A DNA stretch of 64,000 nt from an uncultured delta proteobacterium (GCA_963845145.1 CAWJQU010000017.1:160001-224000), one strand, 5' to 3'. Counted from the stretch's first letter, positions 9,543 to 20,363 are shown. Notes: generated by a model not told the origin, from the sequence alone. Program-made: numbers and translations.

Positions 9543-10718
9543 TTAAGCTGCCTGAAATTTATCCCGGTATTGCGTCCTTGCCGGCACGAACCAAGTTGGT
9601 TCATTGGGATACCACCAGAGGTTGTCCAGCGCGTCTTCAGGGTATGCTTCCGCAAACGCTTTTTTGGTGGCATCATCCAATAGATCAGCCGCCCCTGTAA
9701 CAACACTGTTGTAACCGGTGGATTTAGCCATAATCGCACCGGCTTCAGGCGTGTAAGCCCAGTTAATGTAGGCGTAGGCCTGTTCGACATTCTCGGCATT
9801 TTTAACGATGCTTACCGTATCGATCCAGGTCATGGCCCCTTCTTTGGGCGCCATGTATGAGACCGGTTTTCCCTCTTTTTTTAAGGTCATGATGGGGCCA
9901 TCCCAGGTTTGTCCTAAAACGCAACCGTTCTGGAGAAACGCCAATTGGTGGTCCTGGGCATTATTCCAAAACATCTTAATATTCTTTTTGCGTTCAACTA
10001 AAAATTTGAATATCTCATCGTATACCTTGCGCATCTTATCTTCGGATTCATATGTATCGTACATACGGTTAGACGGGACTTTTCCCGTGGCATCCAGATA
10101 GAGACCGGCACCGATAAATACCGAATGGGGTCTACAAGTGACTTTCTGTTCATATTTGGGATCCCACATGCTGCCGAAGGAAAGCTCTCCATATTTAAAG
10201 CTCAATTCGTCGGTATTCCAGGCGCATGCTTCAGTGCCCCAATCATAGGGCAAACTGACGCGTTTACCCCGAACGATACCGCCTAATTTTCCGGAGTTTT
10301 CATAAAATGATTTTTCCATGTTTTTCAAATTGGGAATTTTACTCTCATCAATCTCCCTGTACAGCTCAAAGTCCATTTGGAGCTGCACTTCAGTAATCGA
10401 CGGCTGGGCAATATCAAACCCGCTGGCCCGAGCTGCCCGCAACTTGTTCATGCACTCTTGGTTGGAGGCGTAGTTAGTGACCTTCACTTTGATACCTGTC
10501 GCTTTTTCAAAAGCCGCAATTACTTCCGGTTTCGAATAATCGGGCCAGGTGAAAAGCTTCAATTCGCCCGAGGATGACCGCGCATTTTTGATAAACCAAG
10601 GCCCCACGCTAGCTGTCGCAAATACGGCTGCTCCGGTGGCGGTTTGTTTGATAAATTTACGCCGGGTGATTCCTTTTCGGGAATGGGAAACTTTTTTTAA
10701 TGATTTACTTTCTGGCAT
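9543..10718 (-). CDS. potD: Polyamine-type ABC substrate-binding protein (PotD/PotF-like) with Tat signal
   Basis: TRRKFIK twin-arginine motif; FTWPDY, PYDWGT, WDG, PKEGAMTWID; AGGAGG RBS. Confidence 0.8.
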   Translation of the reverse strand: MPESKSLKKVSHSRKGITRRKFIKQTATGAAVFATASVGPWFIKNARSSSGELKLFTWPDYSKPEVIAAFEKATGIKVKVTNYASNQECMNKLRAARASGFDIAQPSITEVQLQMDFELYREIDESKIPNLKNMEKSFYENSGKLGGIVRGKRVSLPYDWGTEACAWNTDELSFKYGELSFGSMWDPKYEQKVTCRPHSVFIGAGLYLDATGKVPSNRMYDTYESEDKMRKVYDEIFKFLVERKKNIKMFWNNAQDHQLAFLQNGCVLGQTWDGPIMTLKKEGKPVSYMAPKEGAMTWIDTVSIVKNAENVEQAYAYINWAYTPEAGAIMAKSTGYNSVVTGAADLLDDATKKAFAEAYPEDALDNLWWYPNEPTWFVPARTQYRDKFQAA

Positions 10719-10730
10719 AACCGACCTCCT

Positions 10731-10861
10731 TTTGTGATGGTTTCAAGTAACACCGTGCTTACTTGAGGGCCATTGCGGCCCAATATGCTGCGGGATCCCT
10801 TGCTGACAAGGGCTAAATTATGCTGCATGAATCTTGAGTGGTAACCTCAACCTATCACAAA
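10731..10861 (-). promoter_or_regulatory. Candidate structured 5' leader (multi-branched) of the potD-like operon
   Basis: Outer stem 10731-10742/10849-10861 enclosing four hairpins and two TATGCTGC direct repeats, closing next to the SD. Confidence 0.5.
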
Positions 10862-10956
10862 GACAGAGCGCCCTCCATACTTTTTTTGTCCATACCTCGT
10901 GAGTAAAATAAATATGTGGCCTGCCTTTACAACGCTAATGGCTTCAAAAGGAATGT

Positions 10957-12051
10957 TCAGCAAAGGGCGTTCGTAATGTACTGTCCATACTTTTTGACCG
11001 TTTCGACAGCTATACGGATATTTTCAACCGGTGTCTTACGATTGAGGTTGCATAAGTAAAGTATCAATCGTTTTTGCCCGCCGCCAACCTTCAAATAGTG
11101 TTGCACCCGTCGTGCAATTTGCTGCACATCACCTTCAGCCAGAAGGGTTTGATCCACACCTAAAATAACCGGAAGGTTTTTGAGCTCAGCATAGGCCATC
11201 ACCCTTTCAGGACCAACCTTATTCAGGTCCGGGTCCTGTACCTCAAGGACACCCCCTGATATTTTTAGCTTTTGATCCCAGAAGCTTTCAACATCTTTGG
11301 CATAGGCATCTCCCCACCAGTTTCTAACGAAAATCCGTTCATCACAGAGTTCCCTAAGTCGGAGAATATAAGGAATGCTAAATTCGTCCAGCATATCCTG
11401 GGTTAGAAAGGGAAGGGATGAGAGGGCATCCGCACCATCAGCACCGGGACAATTGTCATTGTCCTTGAAAGCCGCCTGGATATAGGGCGCGATAACCGCT
11501 TCTGTCAGAAAACCCAACACCTGCTTGACAAAGGCGGGCTTTTCATAAATGGCCATGACCAGCTTTTCATAACCCATCAGCAGGACTGCCAGGCTAAACG
11601 GTGCGCAAAAGCCCAACGGTGCAGAAACACCTGTTAATTCTTTAAAAATATGCAGACTTTCAAGTGCGAAAGGCATTCGAGCCGATGTATAGGGATCCGG
11701 AGGCTTTAGCCGGGCCAAATCTTTTTCAGTTTCTATTAAAGGGCGGGATTGATCAAGGGCCGGGGATTGACCCTCGTGAAAAAAAACCTTAACCCCCATG
11801 GCTTCTGCTTCTATATTATATGCATCCCAAACGATGTCAGGAATATCGAATTGAAACGCCTTGACGGTGTCGAGAATACCCTTCACATACATCTGTGGCG
11901 AAGCGTAAAACTTCTCGCTTGATATGCCGCTCCATTGCATTGCAAATTCATGGAGCTGCGCAAACACCGGAACCCTGTCACCCGATCCGTTGTATGCGGC
12001 CTCAATTTGCTTGAACCCGTCGCTGAAATCGTATTGCGGCATATCGGCCAA
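10957..12051 (-). CDS. Uroporphyrinogen decarboxylase / MtaA-CmuA methyltransferase family protein
   Basis: DRVPV, EAEAMG, APFSLA..LMGYE, TPVENIRIAV motifs of the UroD-like barrel. Confidence 0.75.
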   Translation of the reverse strand: MADMPQYDFSDGFKQIEAAYNGSGDRVPVFAQLHEFAMQWSGISSEKFYASPQMYVKGILDTVKAFQFDIPDIVWDAYNIEAEAMGVKVFFHEGQSPALDQSRPLIETEKDLARLKPPDPYTSARMPFALESLHIFKELTGVSAPLGFCAPFSLAVLLMGYEKLVMAIYEKPAFVKQVLGFLTEAVIAPYIQAAFKDNDNCPGADGADALSSLPFLTQDMLDEFSIPYILRLRELCDERIFVRNWWGDAYAKDVESFWDQKLKISGGVLEVQDPDLNKVGPERVMAYAELKNLPVILGVDQTLLAEGDVQQIARRVQHYLKVGGGQKRLILYLCNLNRKTPVENIRIAVETVKKYGQYITNALC

Positions 12052-12216
12052 TTTATTTGAGATTAACCGTCAGTTCAATGGGGGAATTTTTTAGATATTA
12101 GAAATTAGTAAAAATTTTATAATTTGTCAATAACTTAAGATATTTGATAGCCTCAAAAAAGCAGGTTTCGGTAAAGTTTTATTCTTGATCTGCTGAAACC
12201 ATTCAGCGCGAAATCA

Positions 12217-12672
12217 CTACTCGTTCAAGGCAGATGTGCAGTGGGCGCAGCGCGTGGCCTCGATGGCGATTTCGGATAGACAGAAGGGGCATTTTTTGGT
12301 CGTATCGGCCTCATCTTCCTTCGTCTCTACGGCATTCTGGATTCTATTCAGATTTTTTACCAGAATAAATACCGCAAAGCCGACAATGAGCAGGCTAATG
12401 ATTGTATTTAAAAACATACCGTAGTTTATGGTCACCGCTCCGGCTTCCTTAGCCGCTTCTACAGTTGCATAAGGGGCGGCCGTTGCCCCTTCCTTGATAA
12501 CGGCAAAAAGGTTGGAAAAATCCACATTGCCCAAAAGCATACCGATGGGTGGCATTATGACATCTGCAACCAACGATTTAACGACGGTCCCAAAAGCCGC
12601 CCCGATAATGATCCCCACGGCCATATCCATGGCGTTCCCCTTTAAGATAAACTCTTTAAACTCTTTGATCAT
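12217..12672 (-). CDS. mscL: Large-conductance mechanosensitive channel
   Basis: MIKEFKEFILKGNAMDMAVGIIIGAAF, INYGMFLN; C-terminal CPFC..CAHC ribbon. Confidence 0.95.
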   Translation of the reverse strand: MIKEFKEFILKGNAMDMAVGIIIGAAFGTVVKSLVADVIMPPIGMLLGNVDFSNLFAVIKEGATAAPYATVEAAKEAGAVTINYGMFLNTIISLLIVGFAVFILVKNLNRIQNAVETKEDEADTTKKCPFCLSEIAIEATRCAHCTSALNE

Positions 12673-12995
12673 CTTTTCCTCCCTTTTATGTTTTCTGTTA
12701 TTTTTCCGGTTTAAGTTTCACTAGAAATTAGTAAGAATATTTTTTATATTGTCAAGCGGTTACCCCATACGATGGGTGCGTGTGACGGGTCGCCGATGAT
12801 ACACTATCAATTTTTTCCCAACGCTTGGATGCCTCATTCAGGAATCATAGATAGCTATCGGGTATAGAGAATATTCTGTTCGGCCGGGATGGCGTTAAAG
12901 TAAGCTTTTGCAATATTTTAAACGACAGTATATACAATTATCGGCTGTCAGCCGTAACGATAATTGAATGACTATTCTGAAAGTAATATCAGGCA

Positions 12996-14825
12996 ATGAG
13001 CAATAGCCGTCTTCGCAACCGTTTACTATCATGGCTAAATCCCGCGCGAGGGATGGGCCTTGAAACGACCTATTTTGAATCGGATGATATACTTGCCGAA
13101 TATCGACGTTCTGTCGATGAACTGTTTATTTCGCGGGTAAACATCGCTTTTTTAGTTTGCATCATTCTTATGCCCGGGGCCATCGTTTTCGATCGTTTAA
13201 TTTATCCCGACCAATTGACCGAACTCATTCGGGGGCGCTTCGTTTCCACGTGTTTATACATTATTCTATGGATATCATTTAATATATCGCGTCTCAAAAA
13301 GTATCCACGGGTAATGATCTATACCCTCGTTTTCCTAACTTCCGGAACCATCGCTCATTTATGTTATCACACGGGTCAATGGGCCAGCTCATATTACGCC
13401 GGGCAAATTTTGGTCATCATGGGTGTTTCCACCATCGCACCGATGGGGCTGGTTCATGTCGTGATCTGCGGACTGATAATCATGGCGCTCCATTTTGGAT
13501 GGAATTTAGGCCCGGCGGCATTTAGCGGGACCGATTTTGAATGGTCAATGGTCTGGAACAGTCTCTACTTTCAGGTTATGGCGCTCATCCTGATGGCCCT
13601 GGCATCCTGGATGATTGAAAATTACCGGCGTAGGAGTTTTATCAGTACTTATCGCTACCGCAATATGATTGATCGCATGGAGGAGGCTTATTACCAAGTG
13701 GACAAACGGGGGCGATTTACATTCGTCAATCCGTATATGGCTCGTATCATGGGGTATACACCCACCGAATTAAAAGGGCGTCGATTCACTCAATTTCTAA
13801 ATCGCGAGCAAGGACGGGAAATTTTGAATACGGTTAATGCCATAAGCGGAGGTGGTAATCCCCAAAAAGATATACAGATAAAGTTTCAGCCGAAAAGCGG
13901 GAAACCCTTGTTTATTGAAACTTCAATCACGCCGCGAAATACTGCTGCCGGAATTTTAAAAGGGTATAGTGGTATCGGCCGGAACGTCACTGATCGCAAA
14001 CAGGCTGAAAACCTGCGTCGGGAAAAATTACAGGCTGAAGAAGCCAGCCAGGCCAAGAGCCGCTTTTTGGCGACCATGAGCCATGAGCTGCGTACGCCGC
14101 TTAATCATATTATAGGTTTTACTGAACTCGTTCTGGATAAACATTTTGGGCCCCTCAATGCCGTGCAGGAAGAGTATCTGGGGCATGTTCATGCCAGCAG
14201 CCAACACCTTTTAAGTCTTATCAGCGATATTCTGGATATTTCCAAGATCGAAGCGGGTAAAATGAAATTAAGGCGCAAGCCCACGAATTTGGAAGTGCTG
14301 TTGACTGATTGTCTCATTTTGTGTGAGGAGATGGCTGCAAAAAAGAACATACAACTTAAGCGTTTTTTGGATTCTCTACCCACCCAGGGTATGGTTGATG
14401 CTCGTAAATTGAAACAAATCGTCTATAATTTGCTCTCTAATGCAGTGAAATTCACGCCCCGGAACGGTACCATCCAATTTGACGCGCGGATCTTGGCGGC
14501 CAAAGATCTGTCCGAGATTCCTTCAACCAAAGACGGTAACGGATTTGATATCTCACCCCCGGATGTCGATTGTAAATTCGGGCCGGATGAGACACTTTTA
14601 CAGGTCATGGTGGCAGATACAGGCGTTGGACTAAAACCGGAACAAATGAAGCTGATCTTTAAACCGTTTGAACAAGTGGATAATTCGAAACGCCAAATAT
14701 TTGAGGGGACGGGCCTCGGCTTGGCGTTGATTCGAGAAATGGTGAAGTTGCATGGTGGGTGGATTCAGGTCTCCAGCCCAGGCCCCGATAAGGGGAGCTC
14801 TTTTCGCTTTGTTATTCCCGTTTGA
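12996..14825 (+). CDS. Membrane-bound PAS-domain sensor histidine kinase (orphan)
   Basis: N-terminal TM helices, PAS region, FLATMSHELRTPL H-box, NAVKFT, DTGVG, GTGLGL. Confidence 0.9.
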   Translation: MSNSRLRNRLLSWLNPARGMGLETTYFESDDILAEYRRSVDELFISRVNIAFLVCIILMPGAIVFDRLIYPDQLTELIRGRFVSTCLYIILWISFNISRLKKYPRVMIYTLVFLTSGTIAHLCYHTGQWASSYYAGQILVIMGVSTIAPMGLVHVVICGLIIMALHFGWNLGPAAFSGTDFEWSMVWNSLYFQVMALILMALASWMIENYRRRSFISTYRYRNMIDRMEEAYYQVDKRGRFTFVNPYMARIMGYTPTELKGRRFTQFLNREQGREILNTVNAISGGGNPQKDIQIKFQPKSGKPLFIETSITPRNTAAGILKGYSGIGRNVTDRKQAENLRREKLQAEEASQAKSRFLATMSHELRTPLNHIIGFTELVLDKHFGPLNAVQEEYLGHVHASSQHLLSLISDILDISKIEAGKMKLRRKPTNLEVLLTDCLILCEEMAAKKNIQLKRFLDSLPTQGMVDARKLKQIVYNLLSNAVKFTPRNGTIQFDARILAAKDLSEIPSTKDGNGFDISPPDVDCKFGPDETLLQVMVADTGVGLKPEQMKLIFKPFEQVDNSKRQIFEGTGLGLALIREMVKLHGGWIQVSSPGPDKGSSFRFVIPV

Positions 14826-14916
14826 AAACTTCGAATAATCCGACGATGCAGCCGTTAATAAACAAAAGTGGTTGTATTAAAACCAAATTAATTCATTAAA
14901 TAACGTCTTGGCAACT

Positions 14917-16512
14917 ATGAAAAAAACAACCCAGCTTAAGTTACTTCTATCCAGTCATACACTTGAATTCATTTGTGAAGCCCACAATGGCCTAAGCGCG
15001 AAAATCGTTCAGGAACAGGGGTTCCCGGGTATCTGGGCCAGTGGACTGGCCATATCTTCCGCCTTCGGGGTACGGGACAATAATGAGGCCAGTTGGACCC
15101 AGGTTCTGGAAAACGTGGAATTCATGAGCGATACCACCTCTATTCCCATTTTGCTTGATGGCGATACGGGTTATGGCAATTTTAACAATATGCGCCGGCT
15201 GGTCAAAAAATTGGAACAGCGGGACATTGCCGGGGTGTGCATCGAAGATAAGCTTTTCCCTAAAACCAACTCATTTATCAACGGCAACACCCAACCTCTG
15301 GCGGATATCGATGAGTTTTGCGGTAAAATTAAGGCGGGTAAGGATATTCAAGCCGATGATGATTTTTGTATTGTGGCACGTATTGAAGCCTTCATCGCAG
15401 GATGGGGGCTTAAGGAGGCGTTGACACGGGCCGAAGCCTACCGACGGGCCGGTGCGGATGCTATTCTGGTTCATAGTAAAAAAAATAATCCGTCGGACAT
15501 CGAAATATTTATGAAAGAGTGGGGCGATCGGCATCCGGTTGCCATCGTCCCGACCAAATATTATTCCACACCCACCGACCGTTTCAGGGAATTGAACATC
15601 AGCTTGGTTATCTGGGCCAACCATTTGATTCGGTCGGCTGTGCGCGCCATGCAAAAAATCGTGCGGCAGATTCATGCGGACGAAAGTCTCGTTAATGTTG
15701 AAGATAAAATAGTGCCGGTCTCTGAGTTGTTCCGATTGCAAGGGGCGTCCGAGCTTCAAAGCGCCGAGGAAAAATACCTGCCCACCAGAGGAAAAAAATA
15801 CAACGCCGTTATACTGGCGGCAAGCCGGGGGATTGAGTTGGGAGATATGACCGAGGGCCTTCCCAAAGCGATGCTAAAGGTAAACAATACCCCGATTTTG
15901 ACCAACACGATTGACATGCTGAACCAAGTAAACATCAAAGACATTACCGTCGTTCGGGGTTATAAGGCTGAAATGATTAACGGCGTCAATTTTAATGTCA
16001 TCGATAATTTGCAGCATGCCGAGTCCAAGGACCTTTATTCGCTCTATCTGGCAAAAGCGAGCCTGAAAGGGGAATGCCTTATTGCATATGGCGATTGTCT
16101 CTACCGTTCCCATCTGATCACCGATCTTTTGGAATGTGACGCTGATATAAGAATCGTCGTCGATGCCGATTTTGAGGGCAAAGCAAAATCCCATGACCTG
16201 GTCACCTGTACCGGGCCGTATACCAACGATTTTTTTACCCAGAACATTTATCTCGAAGATATCTACGTAAAAACAACAACAGGAAAAACCCACGGTGAAT
16301 GGACCGGTCTGATAGCCGCCGGGGTCGAGGGCGCCCGCATCATAAAGATGACCATTGAACAGATGGCGACCCAGGATGATTTTAAATCCCTGTCGTTGAC
16401 CGATTTACTCAAAGCGTTGATCCATAAGACAAAAATCCAGGTCGTCTATACCAAAGGCGGTTGGTTGGATATCGACAATCTTTCCGATTACCGCCTGGCC
16501 GGGGGGTTTTAA
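14917..16512 (+). CDS. pepM: Phosphoenolpyruvate mutase fused to a C-terminal nucleotidyltransferase
   Basis: PepM-specific EDKxxxxxNS motif ([10 protein letters not shown]), [10 protein letters not shown]-terminal ILAASRG..PKAML..GWLDID domain. Confidence 0.93.
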   Translation: MKKTTQLKLLLSSHTLEFICEAHNGLSAKIVQEQGFPGIWASGLAISSAFGVRDNNEASWTQVLENVEFMSDTTSIPILLDGDTGYGNFNNMRRLVKKLEQRDIAGVCIEDKLFPKTNSFINGNTQPLADIDEFCGKIKAGKDIQADDDFCIVARIEAFIAGWGLKEALTRAEAYRRAGADAILVHSKKNNPSDIEIFMKEWGDRHPVAIVPTKYYSTPTDRFRELNISLVIWANHLIRSAVRAMQKIVRQIHADESLVNVEDKIVPVSELFRLQGASELQSAEEKYLPTRGKKYNAVILAASRGIELGDMTEGLPKAMLKVNNTPILTNTIDMLNQVNIKDITVVRGYKAEMINGVNFNVIDNLQHAESKDLYSLYLAKASLKGECLIAYGDCLYRSHLITDLLECDADIRIVVDADFEGKAKSHDLVTCTGPYTNDFFTQNIYLEDIYVKTTTGKTHGEWTGLIAAGVEGARIIKMTIEQMATQDDFKSLSLTDLLKALIHKTKIQVVYTKGGWLDIDNLSDYRLAGGF

Positions 16513-17643
16513 TGCTGACGACTAATAATTTCGGCGATTATTTAAAACAGATGGGTTTTGGTTTCTGTTCAGGCGTGCCGTGTTCTTTTTTAAAAAACCT
16601 CATCAACTATGCCGCCAATCATTTAGACTATGTCGCCGCAGTCAACGAAGGCGATGCCGTTGCCATTGCCTCGGGAGCGGTTCTCGGCGGGAAAAAAGCC
16701 ATGGTGCTCATGCAAAACTCGGGTCTGGCCAATGCCTTATCCCCGCTCACATCGCTGAATTATATTTTTAAAATTCCGGTTCTGGGTTTCGTTAGCTTAA
16801 GAGGCGAAACAGGTCTTGAAGATGAGCCCCAACATGAACTCACGGGTGTCACCACCGAAGAGATGCTCACAACTGCGAGGGTGGAAACCGATTATCTGTC
16901 AACAAATTTAAAAAAAGCGCGACGACAACTTGAACAGGCCAATGACCATATTGAAAAAGGTCGGTCGTTTTTCTTTATTGTGCGGAAAAATACCTTTTCA
17001 ACGGAAAAACTGGCGGTACAACCGTTTTGTGAAAGACCCGTTCAGCAGATGATTAGAAGTAAGCCAGCGCCGGCACCCATGACGCGTTTGGCAGCCCTTG
17101 AGGTGATCTCGAAATCTAAGGATGATGATACTTGCCTTTTGGCCTGCACCGGCAAATGCGGGCGTGAACTTTTTGAAATCGGGGATTCGCCTCACAATTT
17201 TTACATGGTCGGATCCATGGGATGTGTCGGCCCACTTGGGTTGGGATTGTCCATGGCCCGACCGGATAAAAAAGTGGTCGCCGTCGACGGTGACGGCGCC
17301 CTTCTGATGCGAATGGGGTCCCTTGCCGCCAATGCCCGCTACGCAAGTGGTAATTTGCTTCACATCCTGTTGGATAACCAGACGTATGACTCCACCGGTG
17401 GCCAGGCAACCTGCGCCGACTTTACGGACTTTATGGCCGTTGCCCATAGCCTGCGGCTATCCAAACGTCATCGCAGTCCATACGCCCGAAGAGCTCGAAA
17501 CCCGTATGGATGAATGGCACTGTCGTCCGGTATTGACATTTTTATACATCCAAATCGACAAGGGGTCCAAAAAGAACCTTGGACGTCCCACGGTCACGCC
17601 ATGTCAAATAACAGAACGGTTTATGGGGTTTATAAAGGATTGA
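16512..17643 (+). pseudogene. ppd: Phosphonopyruvate decarboxylase, +1 frameshift near 17443-17448 (real or sequencing error)
   Basis: GVPCSFL, MQNSGLAN, DEPQH, MVGSMG, DGDGALLM; C-terminus (ACGY...LGRP) continues in the frame of ORF 17323..17643; TAATG coupling to pepM. Confidence 0.85.
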
Positions 17644-19494
17644 TTATCCAATTGGTAGTCCTACACTACGCATTAGGGCAAGCGCATTGCTCTTTTTCAC
17701 AACACCGTCTTTCAGTAGGTAATCGAAATAAAGTTTTCCATCTTTTATCTGGTCGTCGAAGTGGACGTTTTTTGCCAGGGTATCTAAAGACCGGGCGGTA
17801 TCGGCCACTGCCAGGTCATGTGTGGTAACAAGTCCCAATGCACCTTTTGCAAGCAATCCGCGAACAATAGCATCCGCTCCGATTTGTCGATCATGAGAGT
17901 TGGTTCCGTGAAGAATTTCATCCAGCAAAAAGAGTAGGGGGATCGGCCCATCGGCCAGATTCATGATCTGTTTTAGACAACTGATTTCCGCAAAAAACCT
18001 GGATTTTCCGCCTTGCAGGGAATCGAGAATCCTGATGGTAGAGCCGATGGACATGGGTGACATGCGAAGCGCTTCTCCACAGATAGGCGCCCCGGCCATG
18101 GCAAGTACGGCGTTGACACCCACGGTTCGCAAAAAGGTGCTTTTTCCGGACATGTTTGAGCCGCTGACTACCCATATTTGACAATTGACATCGAGTGCAA
18201 TGCTGTTTCGTACACATTTTTCCTGTGGTAAAAGTGGATGCCCTAAAGACGTACCTTCCAGAATCGGCCCGGTTTTTACAATCGTGGGAAAACAGTCTGT
18301 TGGACGTTCATAATGGTATCCGGAAAGCGCGCAGACCGCTTCAAATTGACCGAGGGCATCAAACCATCCCTGGGTGTGAGCACCGAAGGATAATCGCCAG
18401 TCATCGATAGAAAATGCGAACAGTGGTTTCCACATCAACAAAAAGGCGATTGGGGCAAACAATTGATTGTTTCCCTGCTCCATCCAGTCGACGCGCCGAC
18501 CCAATCGGGAAATGCCTGTGGAAGCGGGGATGATACTTGTTAACAGCGCTTCTTTTATTTTGATCAGCTGGGCGCTTTCCACTTTTTCCGTTTCAATTCG
18601 CATGAGCAATTTGGAAAGCACGGTCAACTCTCGATTCGGCCCATCCACTCCGATGATAATACCTTGGAGACGCGTTTTTAAAACACGTCGGACAATCAGT
18701 TGTGCCAAAATCACAATCGCAAGCACAAACCAACCAACCTCGGTCATGATGGCCAGCACACAACTCACTATCGCTGCCGCGGCCAATCCGAAAAAGGTCG
18801 TTCTCCAGGCTTTTTTCTCGCGAGCAGAGAAGGTGGGGGGGTCATTTGCCCACGCCGTTATGATTTGGGGCCTTACCAGTGAGCGCATTTCTCCGGTGCA
18901 AAGAAAAATGTCTTCCCGAAGATCCAGCCGATTTTTCAGCTCTTTTACCGCTTCTTGTCTTTTAAGGATCTCTTGCCTGGACGAAGGCGCTGTTAGCCAG
19001 GAGGCCAGCGTTTCCTCACCGGCGACGCTACGAGCCGTGCATAGCAACTCAAAAAGGGAGCCTGTCCCAAATAGATCCAAATCTGTCGCGTAAGGGTGAT
19101 CATCACGGACAAAATCCGTGCGCGTAACCCCGTTTCCTTGCCATTCATCGTTTATCCGCGAAATAGCCGACTTATAGTATTGAACCACTTGTTCCGCCTC
19201 TATTTTGCGGCGAATAATGTTGTCGTGAACCAACATCGCAACGATAAAGGCGCCAATGGGAATGAGTGTCCAACCATATGAGATCGATTTCAAAAAAAAG
19301 GCGATCCCGGTGATGGACAATAGGACAATGAATATAAACAGCCGCAGGAAGGACAGGAATTCGCACCGTTTTTCTAATAAGATAACGACATCTTGTCTGA
19401 TTTGAAGGCGATTTTGATATTCGCTTTTCACATTGTCTAAAGCGTTAAAGTTGTAGCCCTTCGTATATGAATGTCTCAATACACTGCCGACCAA
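17644..19494 (-). CDS. Membrane-anchored MutS-related ATPase (domain V only)
   Basis: SGSNMSGKSTFLR, DSLQGGKSRFFAE, LLDEILHGTNS, TTHDL; N-terminal hydrophobic segments; start uncertain. Confidence 0.85.
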   Translation of the reverse strand: MVGSVLRHSYTKGYNFNALDNVKSEYQNRLQIRQDVVILLEKRCEFLSFLRLFIFIVLLSITGIAFFLKSISYGWTLIPIGAFIVAMLVHDNIIRRKIEAEQVVQYYKSAISRINDEWQGNGVTRTDFVRDDHPYATDLDLFGTGSLFELLCTARSVAGEETLASWLTAPSSRQEILKRQEAVKELKNRLDLREDIFLCTGEMRSLVRPQIITAWANDPPTFSAREKKAWRTTFFGLAAAAIVSCVLAIMTEVGWFVLAIVILAQLIVRRVLKTRLQGIIIGVDGPNRELTVLSKLLMRIETEKVESAQLIKIKEALLTSIIPASTGISRLGRRVDWMEQGNNQLFAPIAFLLMWKPLFAFSIDDWRLSFGAHTQGWFDALGQFEAVCALSGYHYERPTDCFPTIVKTGPILEGTSLGHPLLPQEKCVRNSIALDVNCQIWVVSGSNMSGKSTFLRTVGVNAVLAMAGAPICGEALRMSPMSIGSTIRILDSLQGGKSRFFAEISCLKQIMNLADGPIPLLFLLDEILHGTNSHDRQIGADAIVRGLLAKGALGLVTTHDLAVADTARSLDTLAKNVHFDDQIKDGKLYFDYLLKDGVVKKSNALALMRSVGLPIG

Positions 19495-20363
19495 CCGGCA
19501 TTGGCAAAGGCGAACCTTTCCCCGAAGCGGTTATAACAGGCTGCCGCCGCTTCATTTCCTGTGCAATGGGAAACGGCTATTTTCCGGACATCAAACCGTT
19601 CAAAAGCCTCCATGGTCTTTTCAAGCTGGTCGGGCGAGTTCAAAAAACCGAGATGGGTGCCGCCGATCACACTATGAAAAGAGGTGTGACCGGTCTGTTC
19701 TGAAAAATGTTCCATCGTATTGACGATTCCGGAGTGGGCGCAACCGGTAAGAATAACAGGTCCGGCGTTCGTTTCAATCAAAAGAGAGGCATCATCGATT
19801 AAGGGGTCCGGTTGATATCCGTCTTGGATTTTGATCAATAGGCGGGCATCTGCGGTTTCAAAATCGCTGGTGCGTGGAACTTCGCCGGAAAAAAAAACAC
19901 CATCGGAAATTTGGGTAAATTGGGTGGTGAAAATGAATTGCGCGTTTAGCCCCGATTCGATGGCTTCCTGGGTTGCCGGGATGCCGATATATTTGTAGCT
20001 GTTCCCGGTATCACTTTTTTTTACTGAATATTTTTGACTAAATACCTGCGGGTGGGCGTAAATATCGATCCGGTCTTTTTGAAGCGGTAGTTTTAAGAGT
20101 CCACCGGTATGATCGTAGTGACCGTGGCTTAGTGCTATCTTGGATATCTCATCCAGGGCGACACCCATTGCACGCGCGTTGGGTGTCAGGCTTAATCCCT
20201 GGCCAGTATCCAGCAGCAATTTTTCTCCGTTTTTTTCAATCAACGCGCTAAAGCCATGCTCACCTGTCACACCCTGGGTGATGCAGGTGCGGTTTTCACA
20301 AAGGATGGTAATCCTGGTTCCATTTGATGTGGAATTTTGTTGAAGTGTCATATTTTTTCTCAT
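19476..20363 (-). CDS. MBL-fold metallo-hydrolase
   Basis: EHGFS, LLDTG, SHGHYDHTGG, GCAHSG, GGTH, SHCTG. Confidence 0.85.
   Translation of the reverse strand: MRKNMTLQQNSTSNGTRITILCENRTCITQGVTGEHGFSALIEKNGEKLLLDTGQGLSLTPNARAMGVALDEISKIALSHGHYDHTGGLLKLPLQKDRIDIYAHPQVFSQKYSVKKSDTGNSYKYIGIPATQEAIESGLNAQFIFTTQFTQISDGVFFSGEVPRTSDFETADARLLIKIQDGYQPDPLIDDASLLIETNAGPVILTGCAHSGIVNTMEHFSEQTGHTSFHSVIGGTHLGFLNSPDQLEKTMEAFERFDVRKIAVSHCTGNEAAAACYNRFGERFAFANAGWSAVY

Noticed and set aside
17323..17643. ORFs 17323..17643 and 24646..24840 as independent genes
   Set aside because: They carry the frameshifted C-termini of ppd and mqnE.
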